DNA of 64,000 nucleotides from Paramecium tetraurelia (Eukaryota), in NCBI GenBank assembly GCA_000165425.1, contig CT868670.1, forward strand, positions 248,001 through 312,000, read 5' to 3'. Shown here piece by piece: positions 52,028-64,000 of this stretch. The notes beneath the pieces are model-generated. The model had not been told where the DNA came from. It did not search any database and worked only from the letters and a program-made list of their open reading frames with translations. The stretch's first letter is position 1, and the number at the start of each line of letters is the position of its first letter. The translations under genes were made by a program, and so were the position numbers.

Positions 52028-53579
52028 ATGCAAACTGCATCTATATTTAATGGAATATATGTAGTATAAAAAAAGATATCTTCTGGGTCATTTGGAGTGG
52101 TGCTTCTGGGACAAGATAAAGAGAGAAATGTTGATGTGGCGATAAAAATAGAAAAAGAGGAGAATGAGGATGTGCGTTCATTAGAGAGGGAAGTTTAAGT
52201 CTTGGAAAGATTGTAAGGAACTGATGGGGTACCGAAATTGTTGTGGCATGGGCAGTAGGATGAATACAATGTAATCATTCTGCAGTTGTTGGGGAAGGAT
52301 CTATCCCATTTCATGAAGACAAAGAAGAAGTTTTCTTTTAAAACCACGATACAGTTGGGCATTCAAATTGTGCATGTTTTAGAGAGGATACATAACAAAG
52401 GTGTTGTGCATAGAGATCTGAAACCAGAAAATATTTTATTCGGAATTGAAGATGAATCATCTAAAATATACGTAGTCGATTTTGGGATCAGCAAAATATA
52501 TAGAGATGCTCAAGGAAATATTTTGTAATTGCTATTTGTTATGAGTTAGACCCTTCAGAGACAATGCATCATTTATAGGTACTACAAGGTATGCATCGAT
52601 TGCTGCACATAAGGGTCATGAATTAAGTAGGAAGGATGATATCGAATCATTAATATATGTGTTATTGTATTTCATGAAAGGGTAAAGGAATCTTGAATTA
52701 TCAGAAGTCTAGGCAGCTTCCATGGCAAAATATGCAGAATGTCAGTGATGAAGAAAGAACTGTCAAAGTCGGTGAAATGAAAATGAACATGGATCCTCGA
52801 GAATTGTGCAAAGATGTACCAATTGAGTTTGCTAAAATTCTAGAGTAAGTTGATTGTACTAAAGTCTATAGATATCTGAAATAATTACAATATAACAGTG
52901 ACCCTAATTATTATTTCGTGTATCATCAATTCGAAAAGGCTGCTGAAAATCAAGGAATCCAATTAGATAATATATTTGATTGGGATTAATAGTAATAGAT
53001 GAAGATCTCACAGAGTAATAATGAGAATATAGATAATTTATAACGATCAAATACTCAATAATAATTGTAACCTCCTTAATCGACTGAGATGAAGAAATCA
53101 ATTGAGAAACAAGGATCCAATTTGATTAGATAGTAAATTTCAAGTTGTATCAGATAGATTAAGCAACAATCAATTTTTAATCCCACCTTCCCAATTGAAA
53201 AGACAAGATTCCCAGTAGCCCAGCGTGGTTTCTGGGAGTGTGATGTTGAGTACTTACAATTCAATAAGGCCCAAATACTAAGCTTCACAAATGGCTTTTG
53301 ATATCAAAGTGTGTGATGATAATTCTCCTTAAGATATTAATTAGAATATGAAGTAGACTGCTGAAACAGGTAATTAAAATGGTGGATAAAATTCATGCGC
53401 TGAGACAGTTTGTTGGAAAGATTCAGTTTTTGAGGAGAACTTTGAAGAAATACCACTAGCTAAAAAGTACGGTATGCTCAAGTAGAAAGGAGTTGAAATG
53501 TATGTCATTTTATTGTATGAAAAGACCAAAAAAGAGAAAAACTAGTTAAAGTCCAATTAAATAAAGGAAAAAGAATTGA
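52028..53579 (+). CDS. Casein kinase 1 family kinase
   Basis: [67 protein letters not shown]. Confidence 0.96.
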
Positions 53580-53624
53580 ATTTAGATATTAATTAATTAT
53601 GACATTATTGAATTGTAAATATGT

Positions 53625-54324
<700 letters not shown>

Positions 54325-54334
54325 TTTTATAATA

Positions 54335-56003
54335 TCACTCAATTTCTAATTTTCTATACAGCAGATAATAACCCATATGCCAATCTCCACCTCCTCTCAA
54401 ATCCAAAATATTTTCAATTTTCCTCTCTGCAGTCTTGTCATCATCATACCATATCCAATCATCTCCTGAATGATGCACCCAAGCCATATAATGTCCAGAG
54501 TCAGCCTCTCTTCCAGTATGAGCTACAAATTATACAATTATATACTTAAAACTCCAATCAACTCGTAATTTCCTGTATCCAATCCATATCCATGTTTTCT
54601 ATACAACTAATCATCATGATTCTTGATTTCCTCTTGTAATTTTTTGGCCTTAAATTGCTTGTAGATTTCTCTGGTATCATCAGGCACCATCTTACCAGAT
54701 GCCTCTAAATCCTTTTTGAATTGTTCCAACTCATCTGTTTCCTTGGCAGCCATCTCCAACAGTTTCTTTTTTTCATAATCTCTTCCAGCTTGCAATACTT
54801 GTTGTAATTCTGGAGTGCAGAAATCATATAACTCTAAAATCTTTGGGAATGCCACATTTCTCAAAATTTTGGCCTTCACTCCCTCCTTGCCCTATACTCC
54901 TTGTTTCCAATAAAATCTAACCATCTGGCATAATAAATAACTAGGCTTTAAGAATATTATAAAATATCTTACCAATTTACTAATCCTTTGTGTTTTCTTA
55001 TAGATATGGGTCTATTGATCAGTCTCAGAGATCTTCTCCATCTGCTCTTCCAAACTCACTGTAATACCTTCCACCAATGTGTTGACTGGTTTGCTCTGAT
55101 TGTCAATAATACACATTAACTTTCTTCCCTTCTCGATAGCCACCTTCTTTGGTTCATCTGGTATGTCTTGATTCTCAATTGTTGATTCCAGTTCTATTTC
55201 AAAGAGTTCTTGGATTAGGTTTTTTACCTTTCCCTCTTCATTCTCGTAGGCGGTCAATGGTTAAATGGTCTAAAGGATGTTTTAAAAGCATTCGTCAGCG
55301 TCTTGTTGCTTGAGTTGCATTTGGTTGTCCCTTTAAGCGAACTCTGGATACAACTAGAAGAAAACCTAGACATATTTGGGAGATGGATTACGGCCAGAAA
55401 ATTCTAAGGCTTAAATGGTTCGCCCTTGAGTTCAAGTTTTTGGAAGACATCCTTTAATGCATTAAAAAACTTGACACTTGATCCCTGTCCTTGCTTTGTG
55501 TTGCTCTTGACGTATTCATTCAACTCGTTGACTCTTCTCAAAATTTAAATTGAGGCATTCATATAGCAAGTATTTCCCAAATTGACCAATCCTATTGGTA
55601 GAACAATCTATTAAAGTGGAGATTGAAGGACATACCCCTGCTTTCTCCTTCAATAGAATGGCCTTCTATTCTGGAGTGAGATCCTCTTCAAAAATTTTCT
55701 TGCCCTATTTCAAATTTAAAAGATGCTCTTCCCGTGCTCCCATGACCATGATTTGTTGTCCCTAAGATATAAAGGTCTGTCTACATTCTTGAGATTCAAT
55801 TTTGAAATGTCCTGGTCCTTTTTCAAGAGGGATCCCTTGATCATAATCTTCTATTTCTCAATGGGGACCTTGAGCAGTTCCTGGAGTGTCTCCTGGAACT
55901 TGAGTACAGTTCCATTGAGATCGATGGGCACATTTTTGTGGATTTCAGTGGTGTATTTGATTTCTATTTGGATTATCTTGCGCTCTTCCTCTATTTGATC
56001 CAT
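54335..56003 (-). CDS. USP14: Ubiquitin-specific protease USP14/Ubp6 (UBL plus USP domain)
   Basis: UBL (VPIEKQKIMIKG...IMVMGA), Cys box LPIGLVNLGNTCYMNAS, QQDADEC, KAKILRNVAFP..L..YDFCT, His box SGHYMAWV, GGGDWHMGYYLLY. Confidence 0.95.
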
Positions 56004-56043
56004 ATTTGATTAAATATTATTTTTAAATAAATTTGTTATTAAA

Positions 56044-56874
56044 ATGAATCCCAATACACCTTTCAATGAACGCTTCCATAAGATTCAGGAGAAATTGAAT
56101 TCGATTCCCTTACAACATGATCAATCCAAGGCTCATAGAATAGATACGATTTGCGGCAGGATCACAGCCGTAGAGGAGAGAACTCAAGACACAATCACAT
56201 CTTACAACAGAAAGCTTGTAAGTAGATGAATATATGACTCATTTAGCATTCACTAAAGGACGAGATAGTTCGTTTGTAAAAGCAAATTGAGGAAGAAAAC
56301 AATGCCTTCGAAACTCAATTTGAACAAAGAGTAAGAGAGGTTGCAGCATTTGAGAGTCGCATCACAACCAAGTTGGAATAGGAAATAGCATTGAGAAGAG
56401 ATGGAAATCTAAAATTGCAAGGATATTTGGATGAGAAGGTTTTCCCATAAATCTCAATATAATAGGTCGTATACTTGAAATCCGATATCCAGACTGAAGG
56501 CAAGATCAGATAAGAATAGACAGAGAACATTACTACATCTCTAGAGAACGATCTACCAAAATTGTATGACATGGTGAAAACAGAAGGGTAAGATAGAGAG
56601 GACAGTGACAATGGAACTTTGAGGAGAGCAGGAGATGAAATTCGTCGTCTTAATGAAGGTTTGGGAAATCAAAAGAAATTGAGGTACATCTTGATCATAG
56701 CATTTCATTAGAGAGGAATCAGAAACAGCCATCTTTGAGATGCTCAAAGATCTAGTGTCGAGAGTGAAGAGTGAAATAGAAGAGGAGAAGAAACTAAGAG
56801 AAGAATCTCAAGAATCATTGTTAGGATTACTCGAAGATGCTGCAAATAAAATCTACAGAGCAGCCAAGGATTGA
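56044..56874 (+). CDS. SF-assemblin / striated (kinetodesmal) fibre family coiled-coil protein
   Basis: Segmented coiled coil with EIALRRDGN, EGQDREDSD, REESETAIFEMLKD and EEKKLREESQESLLGLLEDA, typical of the SF-assemblin/beta-giardin pattern. Confidence 0.8.
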
Positions 56875-56905
56875 TTATTCAATGAAATAAAATATATAAA
56901 TATAT

Positions 56906-59900
56906 TCAAATAAATTTTATTGTTTCTAATTTATTTTAATTTCTGATTCTTTAATTTTTTATTTAACCCTTAAATTATCGAGCTATTTCCCTAATATTAT
57001 TATGTTTCAAATAATATTCAAAGTTCTTTACCTTGTCAAATCCTTCGAAAATCTCCAAATATTATCCCATCTTCTTACCCTGTTCCTCTTCCAAATTCTT
57101 ATTCAGATATAGATACTCCATCGAATTGTCATTCACTTTTATAAATGGCGTAACTACTATCTTTGTTTGTCTTCTCTATTAATCTCTCATTTGCTCACTT
57201 GTTTTCTTATCTGAATCCTGATTACTCTTATTACTCAACACCGTGTTTTGATGATTCTGCTATCTCGTATTCAATTACATTTATTGAACATTTGAGACAT
57301 TGTTTTAACGTATACTTTGTCTCTCAGCTCTTTAAATCTTACTGATAACATCTAAAATTCTATCTCTCTATTTACTTAAACAAATAAACATACAATCTCC
57401 TCATCCTTCAAAGCGTCAGTACATGCTTGGAATGTCAATTTACGTTTTCCATATTATTTTGATAACCTGGAGTTTCGATCTAAGGCCAATAGTGTACTGT
57501 TAAGCACTTCCTTATCGACTTCTTGTTAATTTTCTATAATCTCATCATTGGCACTATCAGCAAAACTTGCTCCTTGTTATTGATATCAATTGTTGACTAC
57601 CTCTGCTATCAAATAGACAACGCTGGTCATCTATTTCTTGGGAGATCATCTGAGTTTTGCACATGTATAAATAGATACTATTCCTTATGTCTAGAGATTC
57701 CTTTCTTGTGGAGATCTTTCTCTCTATCTTCCTTCTGTATTTCACTCTGTCAGATGGAATGTTCCTTCTATAATTGAGCAACACTTTGGCTCTATTGGGA
57801 TATCCACACACCATTCTAAGATTAGACTATGTACTTACGGACACTCTTTGATGATATGAGTTGTCTTGTTGCAAGCTCGGCATGTAACATCAATCAATTC
57901 CTGTTTGTTCATAAATGAGATTTATTGCACTAACTCACAATACTTAAACTAGTAATAATACAATCGAGATTTCTACATAATCATTTTGATGTTGTTGGAG
58001 AATATCTAAAAATTGAGATCTGTCTATTTTTAAGACATAAGAGAACTGATTTGATTTGCATGACATCTAGTAGGCTTAAGATTGAAAGAATTCCAATACA
58101 CCAAAAGGAATGCCTTCCTACCTTACTGTCTCAAGGACTTTAACAGTTTACTATTTGTTGTTCATAGTAATGTAAAAGGAAAGACTCCCATTAGATAGAA
58201 TATAGAGATACTCACTTGGATCATATTGCTGCCTTTTCAAATATATATTTTACCTCATATATTGTAGATTCAGGAACGAACTTCTCTTCCACCATGGTTT
58301 TGGAGAGAGAAATCAAGAACTATTCACTGAAATTCTGAGTGAGGAAATTTATCTTCGATATCAATTTCATATTTGTATCAATCTTCATTTCCTCTGCCAA
58401 TTGTCTCGGAATCAAATCACTAAATTTGTACACTTCCCTATCATTATCCTCCATCTGATCACTCCATAAATACTCAAAGTATTTCCTAATCTTCTCAGCT
58501 AAGTGTTTGTTGATTCCCTTAATGCGAATAAATTTCTTTAAATTATTCATATCAGTCCTCACTTAAAAACTTCTCCTATTCCACTCTGCATATATCGTGT
58601 TTATATTCCCTATTGAATATCCAAATACTCCTACTGCTGACAATGCCATTCCCACAGCAAATACTCTCTCCCTCAAGTTCTATGGAGTGATATCGCCGTA
58701 TCCTATTGTCGTCATTGTTATTATGCTCCAATAAAATGAATGCAAATATTAGTTAAACCAATATTCATCTTCTATATTCTGTACTTTAATCCAAGAATTC
58801 CCACTTGGATCTCCTGTCGATCCTACTAAAAACCAAAGACAAGCTGAAAAATGAGCAGCTGCCAATATCGTGTAAACCAATTTAATTAAATCGAAGATAA
58901 CTATCTAAATTGCTGTTAATTCTAATCTGTCGAATAACGTTCTTGAGAACTTTTTAATTTGAAACACCTTTAATATAATCACCAAATCCAAGTATTCTAA
59001 ATCAAATCTTAAACTTACAAAATATGGGATTATCACAAAGATATCAAACAAAAATGCTAATTGTATATTGTCAATTTTACATGATCGAAAATAGTTCTTA
59101 GCTATCAAATATCTATTCTCTATGACTGCTCCCTTATTGTAATAGCATGTGTTGAATTTCAATAGTATCTCAAGCATAAATGAGTATGATGGTAAGACAT
59201 CAAAAATGATCTATCTTGCTTATTGAAGATCATCATTCGTACTATCGTCAAATTTAAAAGCTATTTTGGCTGATACATAAAGCACGTTAATATTCAAAAT
59301 GGTCAATATGTATATATTCCACCAAATAGATGCCAGTGATTCCGGTCTCAAAATCAGTCTCTAATTCCCAAAATAGATTTTTAAGAGTTTAGTTTTTCTG
59401 ATTGGGACTAAAATCCTCTGGCTCAAAAAATATATCAATTTCTGGAATCCTGTTGGTTTCTAGAAAATAAACAAATTTATCACTATTTTTACTTCGTACT
59501 TAAAGAAGTTGCGCAGCTGATAGAATTCAAAATCTGCTGAAACGTCCCCTATTATGTCAAATACATTCTTCTTAATTAATTTAAAGCTTGTTGCGAAATT
59601 TGATTTTGTTATAAAACTAATAAATCGCAATGTAATCATAAGTATCTCCAAAGCCTTGGTTTTCCAAATTTTATTACTGAAACCAAAGTTTTCGATAGAG
59701 TTGTGACTTTCTGATTAGATTGGGCTGTCCTCCTTATAATTAAGCATGGGTTTATTAGTTTGAAAACTAACTGCTCTCATTCTTTATTATCGTGCACTCG
59801 TTGTGCTCAATCTAAGTAAGCAATTGGAAATACTTATTTTTTGATTCAATGATTATGCTCGCAAGATCAACTTGTCTATGTGTCCTTGAGTTCTAATTCT

Positions 59901-60045
59901 CATACAAATTTATTTCTTGGTCTTATTCAGTCACTTTTAATAGAGATCGAACAGAATGACCATAATTCTCAAGGTCCAATTTATCCTCTTGTAATGATAA
60001 AATTCAATGATTACAAATTTCAGTATTGAGATGATTAATTTTCAT
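56906..60045 (-). CDS. Cyclic-nucleotide-binding-domain K+ channel (EAG/KCNH-like, ciliate-expanded)
   Basis: Six TM segments, selectivity filter YWSIITMTTIGYGDITP, C-linker (KIRKYFEYLW), and CNBD (FVPESTI, PFGVLEF). Confidence 0.93.
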
Positions 60046-61179
60046 TAAAAAAGTTATTAAATTAATACTATGCAATAGGAATTATTTTCTCTTCATAAAA
60101 AGCAACCTCTAAGAGAAATCAAATAAATTTAAATTGATTGATGAGATTGGCTCCAACTAATTAGAGTAGGAATTGATTATTCATGAATTAACACTCTAAG
60201 TGCATTTTAAGCACTGACTTTAATCCAAACACCAAGGATTCATTATTCTCAAAAGATAGAAATTTTGAAGTAACAATATCGTAATTAATGTCACTATTTT
60301 GTTATTAAAGAACTTATATCATAGTTTCTCTTATTTGGGTGATGAATACCAATATAATAATTTGAGCATAAATAAAAAGGAGTTTATGCTTGAATTCTTC
60401 AATTGAGCATAATATTAAATGAAAATATATCAATTAATATATTTATAGATATAATCAGTTATTAATATGGTATTTAATATAAGTTTAAAGTAATTATTAA
60501 GTATTTTAATTAAAATTATTATTACATATGTTCCTTAGATAGTAATCAATAGATTGAAAAATTTTGTTCTTCATTCCTTATGGTAATTTAGATTATGAAC
60601 TCAAAAAGGGAGATCGTTTAGACTAAGAGTTAAGAACAATAATGAATTTATTATTAAGGTAATAATGGTTATGGGATAATTGGCTGAGTAAAATTATATT
60701 TTTTTATTTATCAATTAATAACCTAGTTATGGCTTGTGTTTTTAACTTGGAAACTCTACAAAAATCTATTGTGGAATGAATGAGGTTTGGATGATTTCGT
60801 TATTTTCAATTATAAAACATGTCATATAAATTTGACAATTTTGCATATGATAATATTATATAGTAAAGAATATGGAAATACTAATATTTGAAATAAAACA
60901 AAAAAGGTCAGAAAACATTAATTAATACATATCAAACATTCATTAACTAATATATTAACTTATAAGTAAAATAAAAGTTTGTGTGTGTGTATTAGAGAGA
61001 AGGGAATTAAATTAGGATCCAAATTTAATCATTAGTAAGAACAAAATACTAAGGAAGTATAATTTACATTTAATTAAATGGGTGTAACAGACATATGTTT
61101 GTGGGAAAGTTGTGGAGTCTGAGGAGGTGGTTTAGGTGGTAGTCTAGAATAGTTGAGTTTATAATATTTATATATAATT

Positions 61180-63958
61180 ATGATTGCTGAGGTCCAGAGT
61201 AATGAAGATCTATAAGTAATGTGTAGAATCTGCGAAAAAAAAGTAAGAGTGTACAATTACAAGTGTAGACGGATGCTACATTGATTGAGAATCATTTGGT
61301 TAATTGTTAACAAATCTTTGAAGCTAGAAAGCAATTGCATTAATTGGATGTGTAAATTTAGAAGTTGGCCGAGTTGGCACAAAACTGCTTTCGCACATTA
61401 AATACAAAATACCAAATTCACAAGTCCAAACAGGCTAGGTACACAAACAACGAGAATCGAGGGATGCGTAACAGTGCTCCGTTGAAATTGAATCAACCAG
61501 AAGATTGTGCAAGTGAGGATACGGGTTCAAGAACAAACAAGGTGAGTGTAAACGTGTATAATGGTAGTGTACTGTGAAGTCGAGGTTTGCGAATTTGGGA
61601 ACAAGCTTGGCAGATGATGAGCCCGATGAACCTGAGTAAAAATCTGTGATTTAGGTTGTGGAAGAGAATATTACGGGGGAGGATCTGGAACGAATAATGA
61701 AACAACAGATCAAGTTGTCAAAGAAAATAGAGTAGTAGAAACAAGGAGTTAAGTTTGCGCATTCTCCTTCTCCGGAAATCAAATAAATAAGTTCTCCATT
61801 ATCGAATGGAATGGGGAGTCCCTTCTCTCTTGAGTACAACGTTGTGTTTATAAATTAGTGATAATACAGAAATTTTAAAAGATTTGAGATTACAGTTAAA
61901 CTCTCTCTCCATAATTACTAAATATACTGAAGAAACTCTTAAAACCCATCATGGCACTCAGTCAATTTAATTTGATCTAAAAATACAGGTGGAATTGTTC
62001 AACATCAAACATACACTCCAAAAAGAAGTACAAGATCTAATAAAAATGACTTTGAAGCTAATTGAAGTAAAATTGAAAAATATTTTATAATTTTAGGAAA
62101 AGGTTTAATGTACATAAAAAATTTCGAGATTACAAAAACTCATATCCGAAGAAGAAAAGCTTGAAAACCTCACTTCTCCACTCCGTATGAAGATCTCCAA
62201 AGTTGAAACTGGAAATCGCAGAACTTCTTTGGGTAATTCTTTACAAGAACATTTTGAAATGTTCAAAAATAGTTCGACTGGATCCAAATGGTTGAATAAG
62301 TAAAATATCATATCCAATTTTGAAAACACTCACTAAGTGTAATCCAAGACGTTTACTGAAGGTGTAGGAAAAGATTGTATTTTCTCAAAGTGCTTGAGTG
62401 AATCTGAGGATGGTGGAGCAAGCAGCAGTGAATCAGAATCAGAAGAAGTATCAGATAAGGAAGACAAAAAGAATATCACTAAGAAATCACTAGAGGAATC
62501 TTTTGAAATGGAAGATTTTGTTTAACAATCCAAAAGCAATGTAATTTCATTTAAAGATTTAAATTAAAATTTAATTAACATGGTTGATAAGTGTGATTTC
62601 GATAATGAGAAGGAATAGAAAGTTAAGGGGTATTACAGTGATGGAGATTTCAAAACTACCAAATTAGTCAAGAACAAACAATTGTAAACCATAATATTAT
62701 TAAATATGTTAGATTGAATGTAACTCTTCAGGATTTTGAATTTATCCAGGTTTTGGGTGTTGGAGCATTTGGGGCAGTGTGGTTGGTCTCTAAGAAGAAG
62801 ACTAAGGATTATTATGCAATGAAAGTGATAGATTGTAGAAATAAGAATATGAATGAAATTTAGAATTTGAGAGCTGAAAAAAACGTCTTTGAAATTTTAG
62901 AGGGTGATTTTGTAGTCAAAGCCTATTATTCCTTTATTTAAGACAATTGTCTGTTGTTCCTATTAGAATATATGATGGGGGGGGATTTTAGCCAAGTGCT
63001 GTTTCAATATGGACGTATTTCTGAATCAGTGGCTAAATTTTATCTGGCTGAATTGCTATTGGCGATTGAATCATTACACAAGAAAGGTATAATTCATAGA
63101 GATTTGAAACCACAAAATATCCTATTAGATGCACAGGGTCATCTAAAATTAGCCGATTTTGGTTTGTCTGAAATTGCCTTAGTGTAGAAGATAAGGGAAG
63201 GCAAGGATGGAATTAATTGTTCAATTGACCCTGAAGCCTTACCAATGAACGTTTCGAAGAGAAACATCAAAACAAAATGCAATATTGAATTTCATTTACA
63301 AAAGACTACTAGCAAGACCAGTATTTAGGAGCGAACGCAATCAGGGAAAAGATAGAATAGAATAATTGGAACTCCCGATTACATTCCCCCTGAGGTTATT
63401 TGTGGATTGTCCATATCTAACTTTTCAATAGATTGGTGGGCATTTGGAGTGATAGCCTATGAATTTTTAGTAGGAATTCCACCATTTAATGATTCTAGCA
63501 TTCCGAAAGTGTTCGAGAATATAATTAATAGATTTATAGAATGGCCAGAGATAGGCAGTGGAGAAGACATGATGAGTTAGGATGCTTACGAATTAATCAA
63601 TTCATTATTGGAACCATAATACCATATGAGACTCGGAGAGAAGGGTGCTGATGAAGTGAAATCTCATAAATTCTTCGATGGGATTGATTGGAATAACATC
63701 AGAAATTAGGAGGCTCCCATGATTCCAATAAGAGATTTGGATCAATTAGAGGAGGAGGAGAGCAATATCACGAAGAAGAAGAATGAGGAGGTGAAAATGA
63801 AGGACAGATTGCAATCAGTGCAAGTCTCCCATGATGGAAATCTAGATGACGTGGCTAACCTAACCAGAGTTGATCTCCTGGCCAAGATTAGTTAGAAGGA
63901 TGCTGAAAATGTAATGAAAAAAAGATCAATTCGGAAGACTATTTAACAATTTCTATGA
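61180..63958 (+). CDS. Rim15/IRE/Greatwall(MAST)-type AGC kinase with N-terminal C2HC zinc finger
   Basis: VMCRICEKK-TDATLIENHLVNC at the N-terminus; kinase LGVGAFGAV, HRDLKPQNIL and ADFGLS, with an insert of about 60 aa before IIGTPDYIPPE; AGC tail. Confidence 0.88.
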
Positions 63959-64000
63959 TTAATATATACTCATGTTAAAGTACTTTCATGATTTATCCGA

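Overview
Eukaryotic, very AT-rich, gene-dense ciliate DNA, most likely macronuclear sequence of a Paramecium (aurelia-complex-like) species. It reads correctly only with the ciliate nuclear code (TAA/TAG = Gln, TGA = sole stop) and has many tiny GT..AG introns of about 20-34 nt. The supplied standard-code ORF track is therefore fragmented and often in the wrong frame. By manual re-translation I find about 40 protein genes: a canonical alpha-tubulin (with a 1-bp frameshift) in tandem with a divergent alpha-like tubulin, RPS15A, a BAR/polyQ/NPF endocytic protein, Enhancer of Polycomb, an acylated macrodomain-like protein, an LRR-IQ protein, NC2-alpha, six kinases (ULK+EF-hand, AGC, CDPK, PKG, CK1, Rim15/Greatwall-like), a CLEC16A/FPL protein, a sterol-oxidase-family enzyme, a C2H2 factor and two Myb factors, a C2 + CEP76/CC2D2A-like protein, GDPGP1, eEF1B-gamma, two Rabs, SAPS, a bacterial-type NagB/PIG-L fusion, a Cache-type membrane sensor, SPEF1, a DUSP, USP14, SF-assemblin and an EAG-like K+ channel. 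I recognised no tRNA, rRNA, CRISPR or intact transposon. The most unusual signal is a 135-nt, in-frame, stop-free putative intron in the Enhancer of Polycomb gene that carries a GC-rich, sense-strand-biased hairpin. All gene models are by eye, so exon boundaries and some starts are approximate.
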